From: Candidatus Bathyarchaeota archaeon | GTDB taxonomy: Archaea; Thermoproteota; Bathyarchaeia; Bathyarchaeales; Bathycorpusculaceae | Assembly: GCA_963775895.1 (NCBI GenBank) | Contig: CAVZKL010000015.1 | Span: forward strand, 1-52,193 | DNA length: 52,193 bases | Direction: 5' to 3' | Shown: positions 18,417-28,641 of the stretch, one piece after another | Layout of the letters: every line of letters begins with the position of its first letter | How positions within the stretch are numbered: position 1 is the stretch's first letter | Notes under the pieces: generated by a model | The model's input: only the letters and a program-made list of their open reading frames with translations | What the model was told of the DNA's origin: nothing | Database searches by the model: none | Program-made: the position numbers and the translations under genes

Positions 18417-21296
18417 TTGAAAGAATCCCCTGCAAACGCTTTTGATCTACTTGTTAAGCCGGTTCGAAGGCTCGTTGAGCAGAAGGAATTTTCGAAGCCG
18501 ACTGAACCTCAGGAGAAGACCATTCCGTTAATTCTTCAGGGCAAGAACGTCCTGTTGATTTCGCCCACCGCAACCGGCAAGACAGAGGCCGCTTTCTTGC
18601 CCGTGCTGAGCATGCTTATGCAGGGGCAACAGGGAACCCCAGGCATCAAGGTTCTCTACATCACACCGTTGCGCGCATTGAACCGTGACATGCTTGAAAG
18701 GCTTGAGTGGTGGTGCAACAACCTCGACATCAAGTTGGCGGTGCGCCACGGAGACACAGAGACGAAGGAGAGACTTCGTCAATCACGTATACCGCCCGAT
18801 ATTCTGATCACAACCCCAGAAACACTGCAGGCTATCCTGTCTGGTTGGATCATGCGTCAGCACCTGCAGCAGGTTCGGTGGGTCATCATCGACGAAGTTC
18901 ATGAGATGGCTGACAGCAAGCGCGGAAGCCAGCTGGCTTTGGCTCTAGAAAGATTGAGGTTAATGATCGGACGAGACTTCCAGTTGATAGGCCTGTCAGC
19001 GACCATTGGCAGTCCCGAAAAAGTCGGCCAGTTTCTCGTCGGCACAGGCAGGCCAGTTGAGATCGTTCATGTACCCGTTGCGAGGATCCTACGATTGAAA
19101 GTCATTTTTCCCAAGCCGGATGAGGATGACCTGCGGCTGTCCTCGCAGCTCTACACTCATCCAGAAGTAGCGGCCAGATTGCGAATCATCAAAGATTACA
19201 TTAACCAGCACAAATCCGTGTTGCTGTTCACCAACACTCGCGCTGTTTCTGAGGTTTTGGCGAGTCGATTCAAGGTTTGGGACATGGATTTTCCAGTTTC
19301 AATTCATCACGGTTCGCTTGCTAAAGCATCTCGTTTGGCTGCTGAGAAGGGTCTGAAGAGCGGCGCTCTGAGGGGGCTTGTGTGTACGAGCTCTCTCGAG
19401 TTGGGCATCGATGTTGGCAGGATCGATCTGGTCATACAGTACATGAGTCCGAGGCAGGCGACTCGGCTTATCCAACGTGTTGGCCGCAGCGGTCACAGCG
19501 TTGGAAAAATCGCTGATGGGATTATCGTCGCTTTGGATTCTGATGACGCGCTCGAATCGATGGCAACTGCGAAGATGGCGTTGAAGGAGGATTTGGAGCC
19601 TGTGGACATTCCCCCGAAACCGTACGATGTGCTTTCCCATCAGATTGCGGGTTTGTTGATCAAGAATAGACGTCTCGGCTTTGGGGAAATCGTGGACTTG
19701 TTCAAGAAAGCTTCTCCTTATTCGGACTTGACCGAGCAGGATGTTGAGCGAGTCTTGAAGTACATGCACGGCCGTTTTCCAAGGTTGGCGTGGGTTTCGT
19801 TCGAGGACAAGATGGTTTTGCGGCCTCGGCAGTCAAAGGCCTTGTTTGAGTACTACTTTGACAATTTGTCGATGATTCCTGAGGAGAAACAGTTTCTCGT
19901 TGTGGACGAGTCGAATGATCAAGCTATCGGAGTCTTGGATGAGGCCTTCATGGCTGAATTCGGTAAGCCTGGAACGAAATTCATTATTCGCGGGTCACCG
20001 TGGATCATTCAGACCGTTTCAGAGGAGAAGGTTCACGTTAGACCTATCGAAGACCCGACGGGGGCTATCCCGAGTTGGATCGGTGAGGAGATTCCTGTTC
20101 CTTTTATGGTTTCGCAGGAAGTCGGTTTAATCAGGGGGTTCGTTGAAGAGCAGTTTCGGAAGGGTGTTTCCACCGAGAAAATCGCACTGAAGCTCAGTGA
20201 GAAATATCCAGCCGACAAGGAAGCGATGTTGCGGGCGTTAAACGAAACTATTGAACACGTGAACGCCGGTTTTCTTGCTCCCACGGACAAGCGCATCATC
20301 GTTGAGGATTGGAAAGAGTTTGTTCTCATTCACTGCAACTTCGGTTCTCTCGCCAACAGGGCTCTTGCCCTGTTGTTAGGTGAGTTGCTTTCCGACAAGA
20401 TGGGCTACACGGCGGTCGTTCAGCATGATCCATACAGGATTTTTGTCCAAACTATGGGGAACGTGAACGCGGGTCAGGTCGTTGCAATGTTCGATGAAGT
20501 TAAGAACATGTCGCCGCAAGCCGTGCGGGACAGTTTGACCAACGCCACTCAGAAGACTGGGTTGTTCAAGCGGCGCATGATTCACGTTGCGCATCGTTTC
20601 GGTGCTTTGCAGAAGTGGGCCGATTTCAGCAGTGTGAGTCTTCAGAAATTGGTGAAAAGTTTCGAGGGGACACCGGTTTACGACGAGGCCCTGAAGGAAG
20701 TGTTCACGAAGGATTTGGACGTTGACAGGCTGATTGAGATTCTTGGCAAGATACGAGACAGTGATTTCAAGGTTGTCAAGATTGAAACTGGCGGTGAGGC
20801 GACTCCCATCGCCCGTCTTGGCATTGAACGCATCAGCATGAAAACGGATTTGATTCCACCCGAGAGAATGCGGGCTGTGTTGGTTGAGTCGGCGAAAGCC
20901 CGATTGTTGTACGAGACCAGCAGCTTCGTGTGCACGAACTGTTGGGGCTATACCGAGCAGCTGAGAATCAAAGATTTGCCCGAGAAGCCGAAGTGTCCGA
21001 GATGTAGTTCATCAGCCATCGGGCTCTTGAAGGTTGATGAAGAGACCGTTCTGCCACTCGTTGAAAAGCAAGGTCAGAAGCTCACTAAAGCCGAGGAGAA
21101 GCTTCACGGGCAGGCCGTGCTGACGGGGAAGTTGATTGAAAAGTATGGAAAGGCTGCTGCGATAGCATTGTCTGCGAGGAGAGTGCAACCGTCGGACGTG
21201 AAGGAGCTTCTTGAGAAGCAACGTAAGGTTGATGACAAGTTTTATGAATTGGTTCTTGAAGTTGAACGAAAGGCTCTGAGCAAGCGGTTTTGGTAG
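18417..21296 (+). CDS. lhr: Lhr-family SF2 helicase with C-terminal Cys4 motif
   Basis: SPTATGKT, TPLRAL, RHGDT, DEVH, SAT, FTNTR, HHGS, ELGIDVG, QRVGRSGH, IPSWIGE; C-terminal CTNC...CPRC. Confidence 0.93.
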   Translation: MKESPANAFDLLVKPVRRLVEQKEFSKPTEPQEKTIPLILQGKNVLLISPTATGKTEAAFLPVLSMLMQGQQGTPGIKVLYITPLRALNRDMLERLEWWCNNLDIKLAVRHGDTETKERLRQSRIPPDILITTPETLQAILSGWIMRQHLQQVRWVIIDEVHEMADSKRGSQLALALERLRLMIGRDFQLIGLSATIGSPEKVGQFLVGTGRPVEIVHVPVARILRLKVIFPKPDEDDLRLSSQLYTHPEVAARLRIIKDYINQHKSVLLFTNTRAVSEVLASRFKVWDMDFPVSIHHGSLAKASRLAAEKGLKSGALRGLVCTSSLELGIDVGRIDLVIQYMSPRQATRLIQRVGRSGHSVGKIADGIIVALDSDDALESMATAKMALKEDLEPVDIPPKPYDVLSHQIAGLLIKNRRLGFGEIVDLFKKASPYSDLTEQDVERVLKYMHGRFPRLAWVSFEDKMVLRPRQSKALFEYYFDNLSMIPEEKQFLVVDESNDQAIGVLDEAFMAEFGKPGTKFIIRGSPWIIQTVSEEKVHVRPIEDPTGAIPSWIGEEIPVPFMVSQEVGLIRGFVEEQFRKGVSTEKIALKLSEKYPADKEAMLRALNETIEHVNAGFLAPTDKRIIVEDWKEFVLIHCNFGSLANRALALLLGELLSDKMGYTAVVQHDPYRIFVQTMGNVNAGQVVAMFDEVKNMSPQAVRDSLTNATQKTGLFKRRMIHVAHRFGALQKWADFSSVSLQKLVKSFEGTPVYDEALKEVFTKDLDVDRLIEILGKIRDSDFKVVKIETGGEATPIARLGIERISMKTDLIPPERMRAVLVESAKARLLYETSSFVCTNCWGYTEQLRIKDLPEKPKCPRCSSSAIGLLKVDEETVLPLVEKQGQKLTKAEEKLHGQAVLTGKLIEKYGKAAAIALSARRVQPSDVKELLEKQRKVDDKFYELVLEVERKALSKRFW

Positions 21297-22720
21297 GCCG
21301 CAGAATGAAAAAACGCCTTTCCTATGACATCATCAACTACAAAACGTTTGCTGAAGGCTAACTTGAGGAATCGTTCCTGCTTCAAATATTGTTCAAGGAC
21401 ATCTCTGAAGAATTCCGGTCTGTACCTGTCATTGCGGTTGTTTGCAAAGTCTCGATACCCTGTTCCTCGCTGCAGATAGTCTGAAGTTCCTACCGTGTAC
21501 CATTTTTCTGGGTCGAGTGGTCTTTCATCCACTGTTATCGATTTCACTCTGTTGGAAGATTCCAGTCTGACTAGAACGTTGTGCGAGACCTGAAGGTTTC
21601 CAAGATGGGTTCCTCTGAAACCTGCACCTCGCCCGTCACTCAACTGGTATTCTCTGGTTAGAGATTTTTCGAGAGCAGCTTGGATGTCGCCTCCTTTGAC
21701 TTCCATATAGGTGGGGTTCAATGGTGATGGGGATAGTTCGTGCAGAAGTTTCTTCGTGATATTGCCTTTTCTGATTCCATGATTTATGGCTCCACTGTTG
21801 ATGATTCCGATTTCGGTGTTCAGGAGGTCTTTCAACGCATCTGCCAATAGATTTCCAATCGCGTTTTCTTCGGTGAGAGAATGATCCAGTGATACATCGA
21901 TTGAGTACAGTTCCTTGGACATCATCTTGTCTGCCTGTGTCGCAAAATCTTTCAACAGCTTCATGATTGCGGGATCCTGCGGAAATCGCCGTGAAGGTAT
22001 GATTCTTCCCTCAAAGTTGTGAATCTTCTTAGTAACATCGTCAAGATCAAGCGTTAATTCACCTAGGTACTGGCCGAGATGTCCTGCTTGACAGATTATG
22101 GTGTGCTTTTCAAGCAGAGGCTTTTCTAGAATTGAGTGCGAGTGTCCGCCAATAATCACGTCGATGTCTTGAAGACTTGAGGCTAATTTCTGGTCTCGAG
22201 CTAAACCCAAGTGCGAAACGATGATCAAAAGGTCGCGAGACATCTTTTCATTTTCAGCAAGGACTCTTCGTATCTCTTGTTCGGGATCTCTTACGTCAAT
22301 GTTGAACAGAGGGTAGAACGTGCTGGAAGGAGCAGTGACACCGATAACCAGAATTCTAGCGCCAGAAACGCTGAGGGTCAGGGCGTCCTTGACGAAATCC
22401 AACTTTTTTCCTTCCATGTCATACATGTTGCAGGTGATGATAGGGCAGTTCGAGGTTTCGGATATGATTCTGCCGTTTTCTTTTCCTGCGAAACCCTCGT
22501 TATTTCCAAAAACTCTTGCAGTGAAACCCATTTTGTTTAGAAGTGCGGAACTAACTCTGCCGTTGGTGCCTTCTGTTTCTACCCTCGAGAAATCAGCATT
22601 GTCGCCAGCATCGAATACTAGCGTGTTTCCGTCGCGAAATTGTTCGATCGCGGAAGCGATCCTTGCAAGAGCCTCGAAATTGCTGTGAACATCGTTTATG
22701 TGCAGAATCTTCAGCTTCAT
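21242..22720 (-). CDS. Bifunctional metallophosphatase / 5'-nucleotidase
   Basis: Start MKLKILHINDVHS at 22720; DAGD, GNNE, SHLG, IIGGHSH and a 5'-nucleotidase C domain. No signal peptide. The 55-nt overlap with lhr suggests a 3' indel. Confidence 0.9.
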   Translation of the reverse strand: MKLKILHINDVHSNFEALARIASAIEQFRDGNTLVFDAGDNADFSRVETEGTNGRVSSALLNKMGFTARVFGNNEGFAGKENGRIISETSNCPIITCNMYDMEGKKLDFVKDALTLSVSGARILVIGVTAPSSTFYPLFNIDVRDPEQEIRRVLAENEKMSRDLLIIVSHLGLARDQKLASSLQDIDVIIGGHSHSILEKPLLEKHTIICQAGHLGQYLGELTLDLDDVTKKIHNFEGRIIPSRRFPQDPAIMKLLKDFATQADKMMSKELYSIDVSLDHSLTEENAIGNLLADALKDLLNTEIGIINSGAINHGIRKGNITKKLLHELSPSPLNPTYMEVKGGDIQAALEKSLTREYQLSDGRGAGFRGTHLGNLQVSHNVLVRLESSNRVKSITVDERPLDPEKWYTVGTSDYLQRGTGYRDFANNRNDRYRPEFFRDVLEQYLKQERFLKLAFSKRFVVDDVIGKAFFHSAAYQNRLLRAFRSTSRTNS

Positions 22721-22899
22721 GCCTGGAACCTCTTCCAAGACTCGTCTGGGAATATAATTAGTTTTGGGAAGGCGAATCCTGCAAGTTGGAACGAAAAAGA
22801 TTCTTTTTAAACTCCCCGGAAGCGTCGGTTTTCCTTCGTTAGCGGGGATAAACAAGCTTTAAATGAAGCCCTCAACTACATGAGCGTGACCAGTGCGTC

Positions 22900-23247
22900 A
22901 TGCAACGTGAGGAAAACATCGTGGAGATTAGTCGCAAGAAGCTTCGCGAAGAGATTCTTGAACGTATCAAATACGTCAGAACTTGCGTTTTGGCTCGTGA
23001 GGTCTGTCTGCTGGTGCGGACTAATCGTGCCGTGCTTGAGCCCAGCGATGTTCAGGAGATCTGCATGTCAATCTCCAAGTTGTGTAAGGAAGAGGGTTGT
23101 GACGAACCCAGTGAGATGTGCCGTAAAGCTTCCGAGGCCGTGGGCACGCGTGATGAAGAGAAGTATCTTGATTTGTGCGCTCAGAGTTGTTTGAAGTGTG
23201 GTGAGGCTAGACAGCCGCAGCCCAAGAAGGCAACGTATGTATCTTAA
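22900..23247 (+). CDS. Cys-rich helical hypothetical protein
   Basis: 115 aa, 9 Cys, C-terminal CAQSCLKC; TTTAAAT box about 40 nt upstream. Confidence 0.75.
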   Translation: MQREENIVEISRKKLREEILERIKYVRTCVLAREVCLLVRTNRAVLEPSDVQEICMSISKLCKEEGCDEPSEMCRKASEAVGTRDEEKYLDLCAQSCLKCGEARQPQPKKATYVS

Positions 23248-23324
23248 ACGCGTAAAACCTTTAAAGAGTCAAGTTTATTGGTCTAACAGAACGTCAAACA
23301 GTTCGCCAAAAAGGAAGTCTTAGC

Positions 23325-23800
23325 TTGTTCATTGCACCGTTCGTTCCAAGTCCGCCTCAGGTCGTACGTGAAATGCTAGCCCTGGCTGAGTTGAAGGCGG
23401 GTGAGGTGTTTTTCGACTTGGGCGCTGGAGATGGCAGGACTGTTTTGATGGCTGCTAAGGAGTGTGGTGCGAGGGCTGTTGGGGTTGAGCTCAGGGAAGA
23501 TCTTGCGAAGAAGGCCTTGAGCACTATCTATGAACAGTCTCTTCAGGACAGGATTACGATCGTAAATGGGGACTTGTTCAAGACTGATCTAGGTCGGCTG
23601 ACGTTATTTTTCTTTATCTTACAACCAGCGCGAACGAGAAGATAAAGCCAAAGTTGGAGAGCGAGTTGAAGCGCGGTGTTAGAGTTGTTTCGCACGATTA
23701 CGAGATCGTTGGTTGGAAGCCTGTGAAGGTTGTTAACTTCTGTGAGAATCAGACGTTAGGTTTTCCTTCGCACACGATCTATTTGTACAAAAAGCCCTAG
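23325..23800 (+). CDS. Protein-lysine N-methyltransferase, aKMT/FAM173-like (frameshift near 23592)
   Basis: PFVPSP...VFFDLGAGDGR...AVGVEL; the shifted frame continues SADVIFLYLTTSANEKIKPKLESELKRGVRVVSHDYEIVGWKP...HTIYLYKKP*. Confidence 0.85.
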
Positions 23801-23809
23801 TTGAAGGGT

Positions 23810-24235
23810 ATGTCTGCAAATTCTTTCAAGACCTCGTTAAGAGTTGCGTGGGTTGACACTGACGGCGCGGGTGTTGTGCATTACAGTAATTACTTCAGGT
23901 TTTTTGAGAGAGCTGAGGAGGATTTCTACAGGTTTCTGGGCTTCACGTTTGCTGATTACAAAACGAGCGGGTTGTGGTTTCCAAGGGTCGAGGCTTCTTG
24001 TCAGTACAAGAAGCCGGCGCACTACGATGAAGTGCTGGAGATCGAGGTCTCTGTTGAGGAGTTACGCGAAAAAGTCGTGAAGTTGGGTTTCAAGGTGACC
24101 AATAAGACCTCGGGGGATTTGTTGGCCATGGGTCACCTCGTGATCGTTGCTGCGGACAAGCAGATGGGTAAAGCCGCGAAACTTCCAGCGGGCATGGTTG
24201 AGAAACTGCGTCCTTTTGCAAAGCAGATTTTATAA
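23810..24235 (+). CDS. Acyl-CoA thioesterase (4HBT/YbgC hotdog family)
   Basis: RVAWVDTDGAGVVHYSNYFRFFERA, YKKPAHYDE. Confidence 0.92.
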   Translation: MSANSFKTSLRVAWVDTDGAGVVHYSNYFRFFERAEEDFYRFLGFTFADYKTSGLWFPRVEASCQYKKPAHYDEVLEIEVSVEELREKVVKLGFKVTNKTSGDLLAMGHLVIVAADKQMGKAAKLPAGMVEKLRPFAKQIL

Positions 24236-24262
24236 GAGACGCTTTTTCTTGAGTTTTGTCTA

Positions 24263-24775
24263 GTGAAGCGTAAATTGGAGTTCGTTCCCTGGCGCTACGT
24301 TGCAGACTGGAAGTGTACTCAGTGCGGAGACTGTTGTAGATTCTACAGCGTGGTTCTTCATTTTCATGAATGGTTGATGATCGTCAAGAACTTTGGCGCT
24401 GAACACACCGCCTCTGGTTTGAACAAGCTTTTCATAAGGAGGAAGGATGATGGTTCATGTCCTTTCTTGCAGACCGGTCCGTACGCAAGTTTTTGTTCAT
24501 TGCAGAAGATGAAACCTAGGGCTTGTCAGATTTGGCCTTTCAAGGTTCTGACGAAGCCTCAGTACGGCTTGGCAAACGATGCCTTTTTTCAACTCGGCGA
24601 AAACCGGCTGTTCGTCTATGCTGACCCCATGTGCCGCGGTCTCAGGTATGGAGCTCCCACGTACGAGTTCGCCAACTTCACACTGAAAGAGTTTGTGGAG
24701 ATCGCGGCTGGCCTTCGGTCGTACCAGCTAAAGACAACTTCAAACGTCGGGTATTCAATTTTTCGACAATTCTAG
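24263..24775 (+). CDS. YkgJ-family CxxCxxCC Fe-S/zinc cluster protein
   Basis: CTQCGDCC, CPFL, CSL...KPRACQIWPF. Confidence 0.9.
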   Translation: MKRKLEFVPWRYVADWKCTQCGDCCRFYSVVLHFHEWLMIVKNFGAEHTASGLNKLFIRRKDDGSCPFLQTGPYASFCSLQKMKPRACQIWPFKVLTKPQYGLANDAFFQLGENRLFVYADPMCRGLRYGAPTYEFANFTLKEFVEIAAGLRSYQLKTTSNVGYSIFRQF

Positions 24776-24991
24776 AGGCTGTTTTGTTCTTCTCAGAAGT
24801 TCACATCTGTGTTTTGGAATTCACAACTGACCTGTTCGCCTTCACTGTAGTCGTTCCGTCGTTCGTGAAATCATTGCAAACCAAAGCCTCGCGGGTGTTG
24901 CTGTAGGCTAAGGCTTTGAGAGTTATTTTATTAAGTCTGAGCTTCCTGTAATAGTTCCAAATTTGACGGTAGGCGTTTAGCTTTGCCGAGC

Positions 24992-25760
24992 ATGAAGATC
25001 GGAGTTTCAATGCTGTACAAGTTGGGTGAGTCCTTTGAGAAGATGGTTGACGCGATCCCTGGGAATGAAGTGAAGTACGTTGAGGTTGTGGATGACGGCT
25101 GCCATAATTTGGACAAGAAACGTGTTGCTGAATTGAAGGATGTTGGAGCTTCCTACGATGTTGAGTTCACGGTTCACGCTCCTTTTGGCGGAATAAACAT
25201 CGTTGTCCAGGACAAAGTGATTTTGAAGGCTACTCTGCGCAGGTTAGAGGGATCTATCACGAATGCGGCTGCTTTGGGTTGCAGACTGTGGGTTTTTCAT
25301 CCTGGATTAAGGACGGGGATCAGCAGTTTCTATCCTGGTGAGGATTGGGTGAGAAATCTGGAGTGTGTTGGTTTACTCGTGAAGTCTGCTGAGGACCACG
25401 GAATCAAGGCTGGGTTGGAGAACATCATGGAGCCGTTCGTCTTGAAGACTGTTGAGGATTTCAAACGTTTCTACAGTGAATCCGGTTTGGACGTTGGCTT
25501 TGTTCTGGACCTCGGACACGCGAATGTTGTCGGGGAACTGAATGGTTTTCTCAGGGCTTTTCCAAGCAGGCTTGTTCATGTTCATGCTCATGACAACCTT
25601 GGGAGGAGTGACCAGCATTTGGGCGTGGGATACGGGAACATCGACTGGCGCAATTTTGCTGAAGTCATGAAGAAGGAATTGTTTCGATGGAATTGTGATG
25701 GTCGAGGCGATTGAGCACGTTGAAGAAAGCGTGCAGAGACTGAAGAAGTTACTCGTCTAG
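24992..25760 (+). CDS. Sugar-phosphate isomerase/epimerase (AP endonuclease 2-like TIM barrel; frameshift near 25678)
   Basis: TVHAPF, VFHPG, GLEN, LDLGHA, HVHAHDN, DQHLGVG. The shifted frame gives FDGIVMVEAIEHVEESVQRLKKLLV*. Confidence 0.85.
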
Positions 25761-26672
25761 AAGTGGGATTTCTATTTTCATGAAGTCCTCGGCGATGACC
25801 GTGTTCTTAAATGTCTTTTTGGCTTGATTCAGAAGCGATGTTGTGTCCTCATACCTGGCGCTTATGTGAGTCAGGATCAGCTGTTTTACCTTGGCTTTTT
25901 TTGCGATTTTGGCAGCTTGACCTGGGGTTGAGTGCCCGTCTTCTTCTGCTCGGCTTTTCATGTCATCGCCGAGTGTTGCATCGTGTATTAACAAGTCGGC
26001 GTTTGAAGCCAATTTTGTGAGGTTTGCGAAAGGTCTTGTGTCGCCCGTGTACACTATCTTTCTTCCCCGTCGCAAGGGGCCCATGACTTCTTCAGGTTTC
26101 ACGGTTTGCCCGTTGGGCAGAGTGATTTTTTGCCCTTTCTGGAGTTTTGACCAGAGGATTCCTTCTGGAACGCCGAGGGCTTTGGCTTTTCCTGGGTAGA
26201 ATCTTCCTGGTCGTGGTTTTTCGATCAAAGCGTAGACCAGACCTGGGATGGAGTGGTCTGATCGTACTGCCCGAACGAAGTATTCCTGCTCGTTGCAGAT
26301 GATTCCGGGTTTTTCTATTTCGTGGATTTCCACAGGGTATGTTAGTGCGAATTGGACCGTTTTTCTGAGGTCTTCGAGAAATTGCGTGATTCCAGGTGGA
26401 CCATAGATTTCTAGGGGTTTTTGTCTCTCGAGAAGGGTCATCGTCTGCAGCAGTCCTGGTAAGCCCAGCACATGGTCTCCATGCATGTGGGTTATGAAGA
26501 CTTTCATTTTTTTGTTGAAGCCTGTTTTGGCTATGATCATCTGTTTTTGGACACCTTCGCCAGCGTCGAACATGATTTGCTCGTCTCGACGTTTTATGAG
26601 AACGGCGGGCAGGCTTCTTTTCGGTGTTGGGATGCTTCCGGCTGTGCCGAGGAATATTATTTGCATACTCAT
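25749..26672 (-). CDS. rnz: Ribonuclease Z (short ELAC1 form)
   Basis: IFLGTAGSIPT, FDAGEG, THMHGDH, exosite GVPEG, YTGDT, HDAT, HST, LTHISARY. Start MSMQ at 26672. Confidence 0.97.
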   Translation of the reverse strand: MSMQIIFLGTAGSIPTPKRSLPAVLIKRRDEQIMFDAGEGVQKQMIIAKTGFNKKMKVFITHMHGDHVLGLPGLLQTMTLLERQKPLEIYGPPGITQFLEDLRKTVQFALTYPVEIHEIEKPGIICNEQEYFVRAVRSDHSIPGLVYALIEKPRPGRFYPGKAKALGVPEGILWSKLQKGQKITLPNGQTVKPEEVMGPLRRGRKIVYTGDTRPFANLTKLASNADLLIHDATLGDDMKSRAEEDGHSTPGQAAKIAKKAKVKQLILTHISARYEDTTSLLNQAKKTFKNTVIAEDFMKIEIPLLDE

Positions 26673-26677
26673 TGCGT

Positions 26678-27715
26678 TTACACTTTCTCGAACACGGCTA
26701 TTTCTCTTGTGAGGGTGCGGTGTATGTAGACGAAGTGTGATTCTATGTGTTTGTACCCTGATTGTGTGGCGATTTTCTTTATGTTTAACGTCTTGGGCGT
26801 GGCTATGCATATGCGTTTTTGCGGTTTCAGCAGTGGATGGACGGCTGGAAGGACTTGGGTTACTATTTCTTCGGTTGTGCTTTTCATGGTGGTGGATGAT
26901 CTTCCGTAAGGCGGGTCGCAGACCATGCAGTCTATCTTCGTCACGGGAGGTTTTCGGGCGTCTGCGAGTACTATTCCTTCGGGTTTGATTTTGAAGTGGG
27001 CCAAGTTTTTGATTGTTCCTCTGATCATTCGTCGCTGGATGTCGAGGCCCAGGATCCTGCAGCCCGTGAGTGCGGCTTCGATGAGTATGCCGCCTGTTCC
27101 TGAGAAGGGGTCCAGGACGAGTTCATCTTGTTTGGGTTTGGCCAGGTTGATCATGCACCTGCCGAGTTTGGCTGGCATGGCTGACGGGTGGAAGAACGGT
27201 TTTTGTCTTGGGCGCCTTTGCACGAAGGGTGTTGCAGGGATGTCTGCGAGTTTGAGTCCGAAGACGAGTCTTCCGCTTGTCAACACTCCGATGAAGGTTT
27301 TGTCGGGGTTATGAAGTTTGACTTTGGTGTTAGGGTTGTTTTGAAGTACGAGTTCGCCGAGTTTTTGTTCAAGTTTCATTCCGTCGATTTCTGCAGCGTA
27401 GGTTCCCACGTGTTTTATTCGGATCACGAAGCTTTCGTTTTCTTTCAGTACTTCGTCCAGTCTTGTCTGCCGCAACGTTTTGATTATGGTGGTTCGTTTT
27501 GCTTCGCAGTTGAACAATTCCATTGCTGCGAGTCTGGTAAAAGCTGCTCGACGCTTGATTGCTTCTGTGCATCGAGGATCGGCTTCGACTCGTGCGATTT
27601 GATCTAGTTTTTCGGTGATTCGGTATGGGTAGCCTTCGGTTTCGAGTATCGCTCTGAGTTCTGAAATGGGTAGGTCTGGGTGCTCTCCTGAGAGGAAGAA
27701 GAACAGGTTTGCCAC
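26678..27715 (-). CDS. trm11: tRNA (guanine(10)-N2)-methyltransferase, THUMP + MTase
   Basis: LSGEHP, KPFFHPSAM, LDPFSGTGG, CDPPYGRS, HRTLTR. Confidence 0.92.
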   Translation of the reverse strand: MANLFFFLSGEHPDLPISELRAILETEGYPYRITEKLDQIARVEADPRCTEAIKRRAAFTRLAAMELFNCEAKRTTIIKTLRQTRLDEVLKENESFVIRIKHVGTYAAEIDGMKLEQKLGELVLQNNPNTKVKLHNPDKTFIGVLTSGRLVFGLKLADIPATPFVQRRPRQKPFFHPSAMPAKLGRCMINLAKPKQDELVLDPFSGTGGILIEAALTGCRILGLDIQRRMIRGTIKNLAHFKIKPEGIVLADARKPPVTKIDCMVCDPPYGRSSTTMKSTTEEIVTQVLPAVHPLLKPQKRICIATPKTLNIKKIATQSGYKHIESHFVYIHRTLTREIAVFEKV

Positions 27716-27727
27716 GTTTAGGCTCCT

Positions 27728-28624
27728 TTACTCGAGAGCTCTGGCCAAGAGTGGGGCGATGGAAACCTTGCTCACTGGGCTTTGGACGGCGTCTGTGCCG
27801 ATTATTTCTTCGGCGCCGTTTTCGATTATGCGTTTTTGCGAGTCGCCTATCAGCAGTGGGTGGACGCAGGAAGCATAGACTTTTCGTGCGCCTTTGTCTT
27901 TGACAAGCTTCACGGCTTTAGCCATCGTGCCTCCACTGCTGATGATGTCGTCGAAGATGATGACATCGCGGTTTTCAACGGGTAAGGGCTTGTCTTCTAG
28001 CGTGACGTTGCCCGTTGTTACGTCACGTTTTGATGCGACGTAGTCGTATCCTCCGTGGAGGACGTTGTCGGCTTCTTGGGCGACACCGATGGCTTTTTTG
28101 CCCATCGAGAGTGAGAGTGGGTTCTGGACAAGTTTGTTTGTTCTGAAGTATTCTGCCAATAGAGGAATCGCTGACAAGTCTTCGATGGGGATCTGGAAAG
28201 TTTTCAGGACTTTAGGGTTGTGAGCGTTGATGGTTACTATTTTCTTTATTCCGCAGTTCTTAAGCAGGTTGACTATGGTTTTTGTGCTGAAGGCTTCTCC
28301 GGGCTGAAAACGTTTGTCTTGTCGGCTGTAGGCGAAGTAAGGGATTACGGCGGTTATGCTGCGGGCTTCCATGTCTTTTGCGTTGTCTGCCATGAGCATC
28401 AGTTGAATGAGTCTCTGGTCTTGAGGCGGGCTTGTTGTTTGAACGATGACGACATCTTGGTTCTCGAGCGATTCGGTTTCGAAGCGGATGAGTGATTCTC
28501 CGTCGGGAAAGGTTTTCAGAGAAACCTGTACGAGCGGAACTTTCATGAGTCGGGCCAGTTTTTCGGCCAATTCACGTGAGGCTGGTCCAGGGATGATTTT
28601 CAACGTTTGTCGCCGAGTGTACAT
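27728..28624 (-). CDS. prs: Ribose-phosphate pyrophosphokinase
   Basis: FPDGE, PYFAYSRQDKRF, IFDDIISSGGT, CVHP. Confidence 0.96.
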   Translation of the reverse strand: MYTRRQTLKIIPGPASRELAEKLARLMKVPLVQVSLKTFPDGESLIRFETESLENQDVVIVQTTSPPQDQRLIQLMLMADNAKDMEARSITAVIPYFAYSRQDKRFQPGEAFSTKTIVNLLKNCGIKKIVTINAHNPKVLKTFQIPIEDLSAIPLLAEYFRTNKLVQNPLSLSMGKKAIGVAQEADNVLHGGYDYVASKRDVTTGNVTLEDKPLPVENRDVIIFDDIISSGGTMAKAVKLVKDKGARKVYASCVHPLLIGDSQKRIIENGAEEIIGTDAVQSPVSKVSIAPLLARALE

Positions 28625-28641
28625 GCGTTAGGCGGGGCTTT

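Noticed and set aside
21242-21296. 55-nt convergent overlap of lhr and the nucleotidase as antisense regulation
   Set aside because: The nucleotidase tail beyond KRFVV looks non-homologous; a missed stop from an indel is simpler given the window's error load.
22814-22849. TCCCCG...CGGGGA hairpin between the nucleotidase and Cys-rich genes
   Set aside because: Only a 6+4 bp interrupted stem, upstream of the TATA box; not distinguishable from chance.
26673-26810. N-terminal extensions in the ORF track (rnz, larA, nucleotidase, wHTH, the 6568 ORF, the 35405 ORF)
   Set aside because: They overlap neighbouring genes or promoters; family homology starts at downstream start codons.
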